A stretch of 15,607 nucleotides of DNA, taken from an uncultured Candidatus Poseidoniales archaeon. Its GTDB lineage: Archaea > Thermoplasmatota > Poseidoniia > Poseidoniales > Thalassarchaeaceae. Where the stretch lies: positions 90,855 to 106,461 of the forward strand of contig CAZXZO010000005.1 of the NCBI GenBank assembly GCA_964645485.1. Reading direction: 5' to 3'. This document shows positions 1-7,350 of this stretch, in pieces. Position 1 is the stretch's first letter. Every line of letters starts with the position of its first letter. The position numbers were made by a program, and so were the translations under genes. The notes beneath the pieces were generated by a model. It searched no databases, had not been told where the DNA came from, and saw only the letters and a list, made by a program, of their open reading frames with translations.

Positions 1-90
1 TCATCATCTTCTTCATCATCATCGTCTGAGTCATCATCAGATTCATCATCTTCTTCCGAGTCATCATCAGATTCCTCATCATCTTCATCT
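1..90. repeat. Imperfect 30-nt tandem repeat encoding acidic 10-aa units (DEDDEESDDD / SEEDDESDDD / SDDDDEEDD)
   Basis: 31-60 tcatcatcagattcatcatcttcttccgag, 61-90 tcatcatcagattcctcatcatcttcatct and 1-30 tcatcatcttcttcatcatcatcgtctgag line up with a 30-nt period. Confidence 0.6.
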
Positions 91-689
91 GAATCGTCGT
101 CCTCTTCGGTGGATTCTTCTTCATCCGAGTCACCAACATCAACGTCTTTTGAATCACTGTCGTCCTCGGAATCAGGTTCAACTTCATCATCTGAATCATC
201 GGAAGAATCACTGTCCTCATCCTCGTCATCAAACATTAGTGCCGTATTCAATTCAGATAAAGAAATCTTGGAATCATTATCAATGTCTAATTGATGGATG
301 AAACGTTCAATTTCATTTTTGGGTAAAACTGCAATATCGGCTTCAATCAAGCCCATTTTAATTTCATATCCGGTCAATACTCCATCGTCGTTGTCGTCCC
401 ATTTACCAAACATATCTTCGACAGATAATCCGTCATCCTTCATCCAGGAATGAACTGATTGAAGTAAATCATCCAAAACGAAGGCTATGTCACAATTTGG
501 GCAAGATTTAGAGTCTAGTGCTACAATTGCTTTGCAAGAACCACATTCTCCCATATCAACTTCTTTTACACCTGAAAATGATACACCACACTCAGGACAA
601 CTGTCCGAATCTGCGGGAATTTCTTCCTGACATGCACCACATTGAGCGGTTTCAATATGCTCTGTTGATTCATCTTCTTCACTGGGCAT
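1..689 (-). CDS. Double zinc-ribbon + EF-hand pair + Asp/Glu-rich protein (3' end runs off the window; not in the ORF track)
   Basis: Manual translation from ATG at 689 (in-frame TAG 4 codons upstream): MPSEEDESTEHIETAQCGACQEEIPADSDSCPECGVSFSGVKEVDMGECGSCKAIVALDSKSCPNCDIAF...WDDNDDGVLTGYEI...LDIDNDSKISLSEL...DDEDEDSDSSDDSDDE..., with no stop before position 1. It has four CxxC pairs (492-641) and two EF-hand loops (363-398, 252-287). Confidence 0.9.
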   Translation of the reverse strand, partial: MPSEEDESTEHIETAQCGACQEEIPADSDSCPECGVSFSGVKEVDMGECGSCKAIVALDSKSCPNCDIAFVLDDLLQSVHSWMKDDGLSVEDMFGKWDDNDDGVLTGYEIKMGLIEADIAVLPKNEIERFIHQLDIDNDSKISLSELNTALMFDDEDEDSDSSDDSDDEVEPDSEDDSDSKDVDVGDSDEEESTEEDDDSDEDDEESDDDSEEDDESDDDSDDDDEEDD

Positions 690-717
690 TGCTCTCGCCT
701 ACAAACTTTCCAAACTC

Positions 718-731
718 GTTGACGATATAAT
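718..731 (-). promoter_or_regulatory. Candidate core promoter of the zinc-ribbon/EF-hand gene
   Basis: Minus strand ATTATATCGTCAAC contains a TTATAT box and ends in the TYAAC element 28 nt upstream of the ATG. Confidence 0.4.
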
Positions 732-832
732 GGTTCATGAGATAATATGGATTTATTCTCTATCAGTGCATAATTTGCTGGATACGCCGAAGGCGTCAAT
801 AACAGGTGCTGTGGAGTGTCATAGTGAGGACG

Positions 833-1768
833 ATGTCAGTCACTTGGCCACCTGGTTCATCGCGGGTATATGGAATCCAATTAGATGACCCTAGAGAGGG
901 TTATGTTTGGTTACAACAGATGGCGGCAAACGACCGCACATTATTGGTGTTAAGCCGCCTTGCACCAACCCGTTTGTCACGTTGGATTAATCTACAAACT
1001 ATCAGGTTTCATTGGGTAACAAATCGTCAAGATAATTTTGCAATTGACCCTGCTTTAGAGAAAATTAATCATTTTCTAAATTCAACGATTTCTACAGGTT
1101 CAGGCATTATTTGGTTAGATGCTGTTGAATATTTATCAGATTTACATGGATTTGATGCTTTAATCCATTTTATTCAAACCCTAGCAGACGAGTTGGTAGA
1201 TACAGATTGGACTCTGGTGTTGCCTTATTCACCTTTAGCATTTGAATCAACTCAAGTAGCAAAAATTAGACGCGAAGCACCTAATTTCAATATCGCCGAC
1301 AAGCCAACCACTGAAAATACATCTTCTGAAACCACTGAAGATTTTAATCACAATGATGGTCATAAAGTGTCTGAAACAACAGATGAAGATGAGGGATTAA
1401 ACGGCCAAAATGATGATAGTTCAGCCATCGAAATTGAGCCAGGTCTTGTCGTTCTAAGTCGTATTCCAGAAAAAAGTTTGTCAAGGGCTATTCTCCAACG
1501 CCGACTTGAGCAATGGAAAGGCATGGGTTTTGATGTGGGTGAATTAGAACCTGTGGTACTTGTCAATGATAGATCAGTAAGACACCAAAGGTATTTTGCT
1601 TACGAAGAGAAAGTTCGACGCGCAACAGAATGTGAACGGCGAATTAGAGAATTGGAACAACTAGGATTCACAACCATTGCTACAAAACTTCATTTCCGTA
1701 TCATGCAATTAACGGGGTTAGATGAAGTGGAATCCGAGATAGAGAAATTATTAGCCGAGGCTCGATAA
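833..1768 (+). CDS. DUF835-domain protein (inactivated KaiC-like ATPase fold) with an acidic linker and an uncharacterised helical C-terminal domain
   Basis: The segment GIIWLDAVEYLSDLHGFDALIHFIQTLADELVDTDWTLVLPYSPLAFESTQVAKIRRE matches the DUF835 pattern (D-x-x-E-Y-L...F...l.D...P.A...lrrE). There is no Walker A motif. I prefer ATG 833, which follows an SD-like GTGAGGA, over the track start at 806. Confidence 0.75.
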   Translation: MSVTWPPGSSRVYGIQLDDPREGYVWLQQMAANDRTLLVLSRLAPTRLSRWINLQTIRFHWVTNRQDNFAIDPALEKINHFLNSTISTGSGIIWLDAVEYLSDLHGFDALIHFIQTLADELVDTDWTLVLPYSPLAFESTQVAKIRREAPNFNIADKPTTENTSSETTEDFNHNDGHKVSETTDEDEGLNGQNDDSSAIEIEPGLVVLSRIPEKSLSRAILQRRLEQWKGMGFDVGELEPVVLVNDRSVRHQRYFAYEEKVRRATECERRIRELEQLGFTTIATKLHFRIMQLTGLDEVESEIEKLLAEAR

Positions 1769-1771
1769 TAC

Positions 1772-3292
1772 TCAATTTATTACACCGATTTCTTCTTCGA
1801 TTGCATCAATCATGGATCCAGATTGTAGAATATCAACCATTGTGTCATGGTCTGGGAAGAGTGCTCTATCCTCATCCAAATGGTCAATGCTTTGACGAAT
1901 TATTTTGTGAGCTATTGCTGTTCCTTTGCCTGCTTCAGCACCTCTAATATCAATCGCTTGAGAGGAAGCAATCATTTCAATTGCTAATACACCGAAACAA
2001 TTTTCCATTATTTGTCGGCATTTTTGAGTGGTTGTCATTCCCATACTGACAAAATCTTCTTGGTCAGCAGCAGCAGGAATACTTTGGTTAGCAGCGGGGT
2101 GAGATAAGATCCTTGTTTCTGCAACAAGAGCACAAGCAGTGTACTGTGCGACCATTAATCCTGAATGTAAACCAGGTTGTTCTGTTAAGAAAGGTGGTAA
2201 ACCGCCTGAAAGAGCAGGGTTAGTTAATCGGTTTAATCTTCTTTCAGATAATACAGCCCCCATTGATAATCCAATTCCGACCATCTCCATAGGTAGTGCT
2301 ACTGGTGAACCCTGGAAATTTGCTCCAGTGATAACTCTGTCTTCATCTACTAAGAAAACAGGGTTGTCTCCCACTCCATTCAATTCAATTTCAACTTGGG
2401 TAATTGCATATTTGATTGCATCTTTCAGTGAACCAATTACTTGTGGTGTAGACCTCAGTGAATATGCATCTTGAACTTTTTTTCCAGCAGATGCCAATAT
2501 CTCCGAATCTGCAGTCAATCGAAGCAAATTATTAGCGGTATCAATTGACCCCGCAAATCCACGCAATTCGTGAAGTCGATTGTCGTATGGGGTCATATTA
2601 GCATTCAGGGCTTCAAGTGTCATTGCGGCAGATATATCATGGTATTTTAGCCATCTAATTGCATCACATAATGTCAATGCAGCCATCGCCGTTAGCATGT
2701 TACTGCCGTTGATTATCGCTAATCCATCACGCGCTTCTAGAGTTAAAGGTTCTAACCCGGCTGATTTCAAGGCCTCAGTAGAATCCATCCTCTGTCCTTG
2801 ATAGAATGCTTCACCCTCTCCCATCATTGTCATTGCAATTTGGGACATCGGAGATAAGTCGCCACACGCACCAACTGAGCCTTTGCTGGCAACAAGTGGG
2901 GTAACGCCTGTATTGAGCATATCAACTAGTAGTTGGGTTACTTCTGCTCTACCCCCTGAATTCCCGTGACAGTGGACGTTGATTCGCCCTACCATTGCAC
3001 CACGAACTACCTCAATGGGCATTGGCTCTCCTATTCCAGCCGCATGAGAATATACTAAGAATTTTTGAAAGGATTGTACATCATCGGGAGATAGCACAAC
3101 CTCACTAAATTCACCAATTCCAGTTGTGACGCCATACATGACTTCATGAGCATCGATTTTCTTCTGAATCATCTCTCTGCATTTGTGTATTCTTTGCCAG
3201 GCTTCATCACTTACAGAAACTCTCACATTCCTTCTAGAAACAGATTCCACATCGCCAATTGACAGTTGACTACCATCAAGAACTAAATCCAT
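1772..3292 (-). CDS. hutH: Histidine ammonia-lyase (MIO-dependent aromatic amino acid lyase family), Ala-Cys-Gly variant
   Basis: Motifs YGVTTGIG (lid Tyr), LVYSHAAGIG (His-specific SH), GSVGACGDLSP (MIO site), QDAYSLR and QEDFVSM. It is 506 aa and lies directly downstream of hutU. Confidence 0.9.
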   Translation of the reverse strand: MDLVLDGSQLSIGDVESVSRRNVRVSVSDEAWQRIHKCREMIQKKIDAHEVMYGVTTGIGEFSEVVLSPDDVQSFQKFLVYSHAAGIGEPMPIEVVRGAMVGRINVHCHGNSGGRAEVTQLLVDMLNTGVTPLVASKGSVGACGDLSPMSQIAMTMMGEGEAFYQGQRMDSTEALKSAGLEPLTLEARDGLAIINGSNMLTAMAALTLCDAIRWLKYHDISAAMTLEALNANMTPYDNRLHELRGFAGSIDTANNLLRLTADSEILASAGKKVQDAYSLRSTPQVIGSLKDAIKYAITQVEIELNGVGDNPVFLVDEDRVITGANFQGSPVALPMEMVGIGLSMGAVLSERRLNRLTNPALSGGLPPFLTEQPGLHSGLMVAQYTACALVAETRILSHPAANQSIPAAADQEDFVSMGMTTTQKCRQIMENCFGVLAIEMIASSQAIDIRGAEAGKGTAIAHKIIRQSIDHLDEDRALFPDHDTMVDILQSGSMIDAIEEEIGVIN

Positions 3293-3295
3293 ATT

Positions 3296-3318
3296 TTACC
3301 CGACTTACGTTGGGGTAA
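3296..3318 (-). promoter_or_regulatory. Imperfect GNRA-capped hairpin immediately upstream of the hutH start
   Basis: Minus strand TTACCCCAAC-GTAA-GTCGGGTAA ends 3 nt before the ATG. Confidence 0.45.
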
Positions 3319-3346
3319 TAATTCTACTCAAAGGTTTGTCAAACAA

Positions 3347-5371
3347 TTATTCCACAAAGAATCTAGAAATTAAATCATCATCTGCTAGATTTGGGATGGT
3401 TATATTCAAACCAGTCTCTCTATCCATTGCCCGTTGTGCTGCAGTCAATGCCCCTGAATTTCTTGCCCATGCTCTTCTAGCAATCCCGTTGTTCACATCC
3501 CAATTTAGCATAGAGTTCAATCTTACAGACGCTTCCTCAGAACCGTCTAAGACAAGGCCAAATCCACCGTTGATCACCTCGCCCCAACCAACTCCACCTC
3601 CATTGTGTAAACTGACCCAAGTGGCTCCTCTAAACGAGTCCCCGACGAAATTCTGTACTGCCATATCTGCACTGAACATAGAACCATCTTTGATATTCGC
3701 AGTTTCCCGGTATGGTGAATCAGTTCCCGACACATCATGATGGTCTCGCCCCAAGACAATTGGTGCTGAAATCAAACCTGTAGAAATTGCATCGTTGAAG
3801 GCTGTTGCTATCTTCCTTCTACCCTGTTCATCGGCATATAGGATTCTTGCTTGAGAACCGACAACCATTTTGTTGGAATCTGCTTCCTGAATCCATTTGA
3901 CATTATCCAACATTTGCTTCTGTATATCTGCAGGGCTATTTTCAGCCATTTTGGAGAGTATATCTATCGCAATTGAATCACTTTTACTGAGATCTTGCGG
4001 GTCTCCAGAAGTACAAACCCACCTAAAGGGTCCAAAGCCATAGTCGAAACACATTGGGCCCATTATATCCTCAACATAGGAAGGATACCTGAAGGAACCA
4101 TCTGACTCTAGAATATCTGCTCCTGCCTTACTTGCTTCGAGTAAAAATGCATTCCCATAATCCCAGAACTGCATCCCATTAGAACACATTTCATTGATTG
4201 CTCTTGTGTGCCTACATAATGATTCTTTGACGAATTCAACGAATTTTGTTGGCTGTTTTACCATCATCACATTTGCTTCCGTGAAATCGACTTGGACGGG
4301 ATAATAACCTCCTTGCCATGGATTATGTAATGAAGTTTGGTCGCTACCTAAGTCGACTCGAATTTGCCTCTCACACAACCTTTCCCAGAGAGTTACGATA
4401 TTACCAACATATCCAATACTAATTGCTTTGTTTTTGGTGGCGGATTCGACCATTTTGTCAATTGCTACATCAATATTATACTCAACTTCATCAAGCCAAC
4501 CCTGTTCATACCGTTTATTTGCCGCTGCAGGGTTGATTTCAGCGATAATACATGAAGCACCAGCGATAACTGCCGCTTTTGCCTGAGCGCCACTCATACC
4601 GCCTAATCCACTGGTGACATATGTTTTGCCAGATATACCATTTTTCCCAGAAAGTCCGAGATACTTTCTGCCTGCATTTAGCAACGTTATTGTTGTACCG
4701 TGTACTATTCCTTGAGGTCCGATATACATGTAAGAGCCAGCAGTCATTTGCCCATATTGACTAACTCCAAGTGCGTTAAACTTCTCATAATCTTCTCTCG
4801 ATGAGTAGTTTGGGATTACCATACCATTTGTTACCACAACTCGGGGCGATTCTTCACTCGAGGGAAATAATCCCAAGGGGTGGCCAGAATACATAACGAG
4901 AGTTTGTGAATTTGTCATTTGAGACAAGTACTTCATCGTCAATCGATATTGTGCCCAATTTTGGAATACTGAGCCATTTCCACCATATGTGATTAATTCG
5001 TGAGGAAATTGAGCCACACGTTCATCTAGATTATTTTGGATCATTAACATGATTGCAGCCGCGTGTTGTGATTTTGTAGGGTATGCAGAAATCGGATGGG
5101 CCTTTATTAGGTTGTTATCTGGCCTAAATCTGTACATATAGATGCGGCCATAAGATTCTAATTCATTAGCAAATTCTGGTGCAAGCACCTCATGTTGCGT
5201 TTCAGGGAAGTACCGCAAGGCATTTTTCAGGGCTAATTGTTTTTCTTTTGGTGTAAGAACATCACTTCGAGTAGGTGCATGATCTACATTTGGATCAATC
5301 CCGGGGTGCTTTGGCAAAGTATCGGGTATCCCTTCTAAAATGCTAGTGTGGAGTGTATCCCACTGACCCAT
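3347..5371 (-). CDS. hutU: Urocanate hydratase, long (about 670 aa) form
   Basis: Motifs PHELITYGGNG, YGQMTAGSYMYIGPQGIVHGT, GLGGMSGAQ, SDQTSLHNP, GRDHHDVSGTDSPYRET, HNGGGVGWG and WDVNNG. The N-terminal extension GIPDTLP...HAP...ALKNALRYFP is typical of the long form. Confidence 0.97.
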   Translation of the reverse strand: MGQWDTLHTSILEGIPDTLPKHPGIDPNVDHAPTRSDVLTPKEKQLALKNALRYFPETQHEVLAPEFANELESYGRIYMYRFRPDNNLIKAHPISAYPTKSQHAAAIMLMIQNNLDERVAQFPHELITYGGNGSVFQNWAQYRLTMKYLSQMTNSQTLVMYSGHPLGLFPSSEESPRVVVTNGMVIPNYSSREDYEKFNALGVSQYGQMTAGSYMYIGPQGIVHGTTITLLNAGRKYLGLSGKNGISGKTYVTSGLGGMSGAQAKAAVIAGASCIIAEINPAAANKRYEQGWLDEVEYNIDVAIDKMVESATKNKAISIGYVGNIVTLWERLCERQIRVDLGSDQTSLHNPWQGGYYPVQVDFTEANVMMVKQPTKFVEFVKESLCRHTRAINEMCSNGMQFWDYGNAFLLEASKAGADILESDGSFRYPSYVEDIMGPMCFDYGFGPFRWVCTSGDPQDLSKSDSIAIDILSKMAENSPADIQKQMLDNVKWIQEADSNKMVVGSQARILYADEQGRRKIATAFNDAISTGLISAPIVLGRDHHDVSGTDSPYRETANIKDGSMFSADMAVQNFVGDSFRGATWVSLHNGGGVGWGEVINGGFGLVLDGSEEASVRLNSMLNWDVNNGIARRAWARNSGALTAAQRAMDRETGLNITIPNLADDDLISRFFVE

Positions 5372-5383
5372 AATTAAGGTCGG

Positions 5384-5408
5384 AGTGTGCGGTTGATTTC
5401 AGTATTGC
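5384..5408 (-). promoter_or_regulatory. Upstream motif of hutU, shared with ftcd
   Basis: GCAATACTGAAATCAACCGCACACT-N12-ATG; compare 8389-8415. Confidence 0.5.
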
Positions 5409-5449
5409 CGATGGTTTAGTCTAAAGACTGTGTCAGTTCCAAGTGAGTT

Positions 5450-6715
5450 ATGACGGGGCCAGATAGCGAATGGTACCTGTCTGATTTAGCAAATGGAATT
5501 GAAAGAAGCAGAATCCTGTCAATTGCTACTCAAGTAAGAGAAATGAAGGCTGAAGGCAAACAAATAACAGCCTTCACTGTTGGTGATTTTTCTCCCGCTG
5601 AGTTTGTAGTACCTCATGCTTTCACTGAACAATTAGCTACCGTTATTCATCAAAATCAAACAAATTATCCTCCAGCAGCAGGCCTCCCCGAACTGCGAGA
5701 AAGTTTGGCAAACTGGATGAAATACAAGTACGACCTTGATGTTGGCGCGGATGGAATCATTGTTGGAAGTGGTGCTAGACCAGTATTATTTGCTTCATTC
5801 AAACTTTTTCTTGAACCAGGTGAAGGCCTAGCACATGGCGTCCCTGCATGGAATAATCACTATTATGTCCACCTTAATTCTGCTAAAGATATAGCCATAG
5901 AGGGAACTGCTGAAAGCAGATTTTTGCCTACTGCTAAAGGTGTTAAAGAACGCATTTCAGAGATCAGAGTATTAATCTTAAATTCGCCCTTAAATCCAAC
6001 TGGCACTTGTTTTACCGCTGAAGAATTAGGTGCTATTTGCGATGTCGTATTAGAAGAAAACCGAACGAGAATGAAAAATGGTGACAAACCTGTAATGTTG
6101 GTGTATGACCAAGTTTACTCAACAATGACTTCAGAGGGGATTGAACACATCCATCCAGTACAAGTTAGACCGGATATGTTTGATTTTACAATTACCTTAG
6201 ATGCAATTTCGAAATCGCTCACTGCAACAGGTTTGAGATTGGGATGGATGGCTTTGCCACCAAAACTTGCTGCCCCTGTAATAGCCCTAATTGGCCATAT
6301 GGGTTCTTGGCCTGCGCGACCTATTCAATTAGCTGCGGCTGAAACTTACTCAAATCCTGAAAAACTGGAATCTTATTTTGAAGACCTGGATTCTCGAATC
6401 TCGGATAGAATGGAATTATTGTTTAAAAATTTGACAAAAATGAAGGAAGCAGGCTTACCTGTTGATTTTATTCCCCCCCAGGGTGGCATTTATTTATCTA
6501 CACGATTTAACTTGTTTTCTGTATTAGGAGTTAAGACGAATGAGGAGATTCGGCAGTGGCTCCTTGAAGTAGCGGGAATCGCAGTCATTCCTTTCCAAGC
6601 CTTTGGATTAGAAGAGGAAAGTGGGTGGTTCAGGATTTCCATAGGCGCAGTTTCCGTTGCAGAAGTCTCTGCTGCAATGAAACGATTAGAAAATGCATTA
6701 TTGAATATCAATTAG
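5450..6715 (+). CDS. PLP-dependent aminotransferase class I/II (aspartate aminotransferase-like)
   Basis: Motifs YPPAAGLPELRE, NSPLNPTG, YDQVY and AISKSLTATGLRLGW (PLP lysine), plus the C-terminal WFRISIG. It is 421 aa. Substrate cannot be assigned from the sequence. Confidence 0.9.
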   Translation: MTGPDSEWYLSDLANGIERSRILSIATQVREMKAEGKQITAFTVGDFSPAEFVVPHAFTEQLATVIHQNQTNYPPAAGLPELRESLANWMKYKYDLDVGADGIIVGSGARPVLFASFKLFLEPGEGLAHGVPAWNNHYYVHLNSAKDIAIEGTAESRFLPTAKGVKERISEIRVLILNSPLNPTGTCFTAEELGAICDVVLEENRTRMKNGDKPVMLVYDQVYSTMTSEGIEHIHPVQVRPDMFDFTITLDAISKSLTATGLRLGWMALPPKLAAPVIALIGHMGSWPARPIQLAAAETYSNPEKLESYFEDLDSRISDRMELLFKNLTKMKEAGLPVDFIPPQGGIYLSTRFNLFSVLGVKTNEEIRQWLLEVAGIAVIPFQAFGLEEESGWFRISIGAVSVAEVSAAMKRLENALLNIN

Positions 6716-6716
6716 G

Positions 6717-7349
6717 TCATTCTTCAAGTCGATTATTTACGGCTTTCATTACCGCTTTACTCATATCTCTTGATTGTTCCTTAATTTCATTAACTTGTTC
6801 TAAAAGGGGTGACGATAAGTCATCAGGGAGTGAAATAGCGTTAATGTGGACATTAAACAATGCTCCTTTGCAGGCAGCACTTGCCAAGAGACTCGCTACC
6901 CCGACATCTGTAACCGCATTTGCATTTCCAGTAAGTGCTAATTCTTCCTGACAAAGTAATAGTTGAAGTGCATCCTTAGCAGTTTGTAGCGGCACAAGTG
7001 ATGCTTGGTGAGTTGCCTTTCGTATTGCTAACCTTCGCGCATCTTTTTCTTCATCAGTATCTTTTGGAAGTTTGAATGAATCCATGACTGAAACAAAAGC
7101 ATCAGTATCCTCATTTGCTAATTCAAAAGCGCCGTTTATCAGAGGCATCGCAACTAATTTTGCAATTTCTGATGCTTCCCAACCTGTTTTCCATTTTTCT
7201 CGTCCAATAGTGATGTCACAAACCATCACGGTAAGTGCTGCGGCTTGGGAAAGGGCTACCCCAGCAGCCGACCCACCTCCTGGTGTTGGATTATTTGATG
7301 CCAAAGCCTCTGAGAATTCTTGTAAGGTCATTTCTTCGAAATTAGTCAC
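6717..7349 (-). CDS. Formimidoyltetrahydrofolate cyclodeaminase (cyclodeaminase/cyclohydrolase family, FTCD C-terminal domain)
   Basis: Motifs LASNNPTPGGGSAA, DTDAFVSVM, VPLQTA, NANAVTDVGVA and GALFNVHINA. The probable start is GTG 7349, 1 nt after the formiminotransferase stop and preceded by GGGTG, rather than the track start at 7388. Confidence 0.9.
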   Translation of the reverse strand: MTNFEEMTLQEFSEALASNNPTPGGGSAAGVALSQAAALTVMVCDITIGREKWKTGWEASEIAKLVAMPLINGAFELANEDTDAFVSVMDSFKLPKDTDEEKDARRLAIRKATHQASLVPLQTAKDALQLLLCQEELALTGNANAVTDVGVASLLASAACKGALFNVHINAISLPDDLSSPLLEQVNEIKEQSRDMSKAVMKAVNNRLEE

Positions 7350-7350
7350 A

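Noticed and set aside
109-294. Ser-rich 61-aa plus-strand ORF
   Set aside because: It is the antisense shadow of the Asp/Glu-rich tract (GAT/GAA read as TCA/TCT) in the real minus-strand gene.
739-796. Series of small inverted repeats in the first intergenic region, including ACGCC-GAA-GGCGT (784-796), considered as a possible ncRNA or tRNA fragment
   Set aside because: The stems are 5 bp or imperfect, there is no cloverleaf or T/D-loop consensus, and there is no U-tract. It lies between divergent starts, so it is not a terminator.
518-799. ORFs 518-730 (+) and 566-799 (-)
   Set aside because: They overlap the zinc-ribbon gene on the opposite strand or in another frame and have no recognisable motifs.
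2139-4555. Plus-strand ORFs inside hutH and hutU (2139, 2580, 3336, 4364) and the minus-strand ORF 3574-3759
   Set aside because: They are fully nested in well-supported genes and lack motifs, so they are shadow or alternate-frame ORFs.
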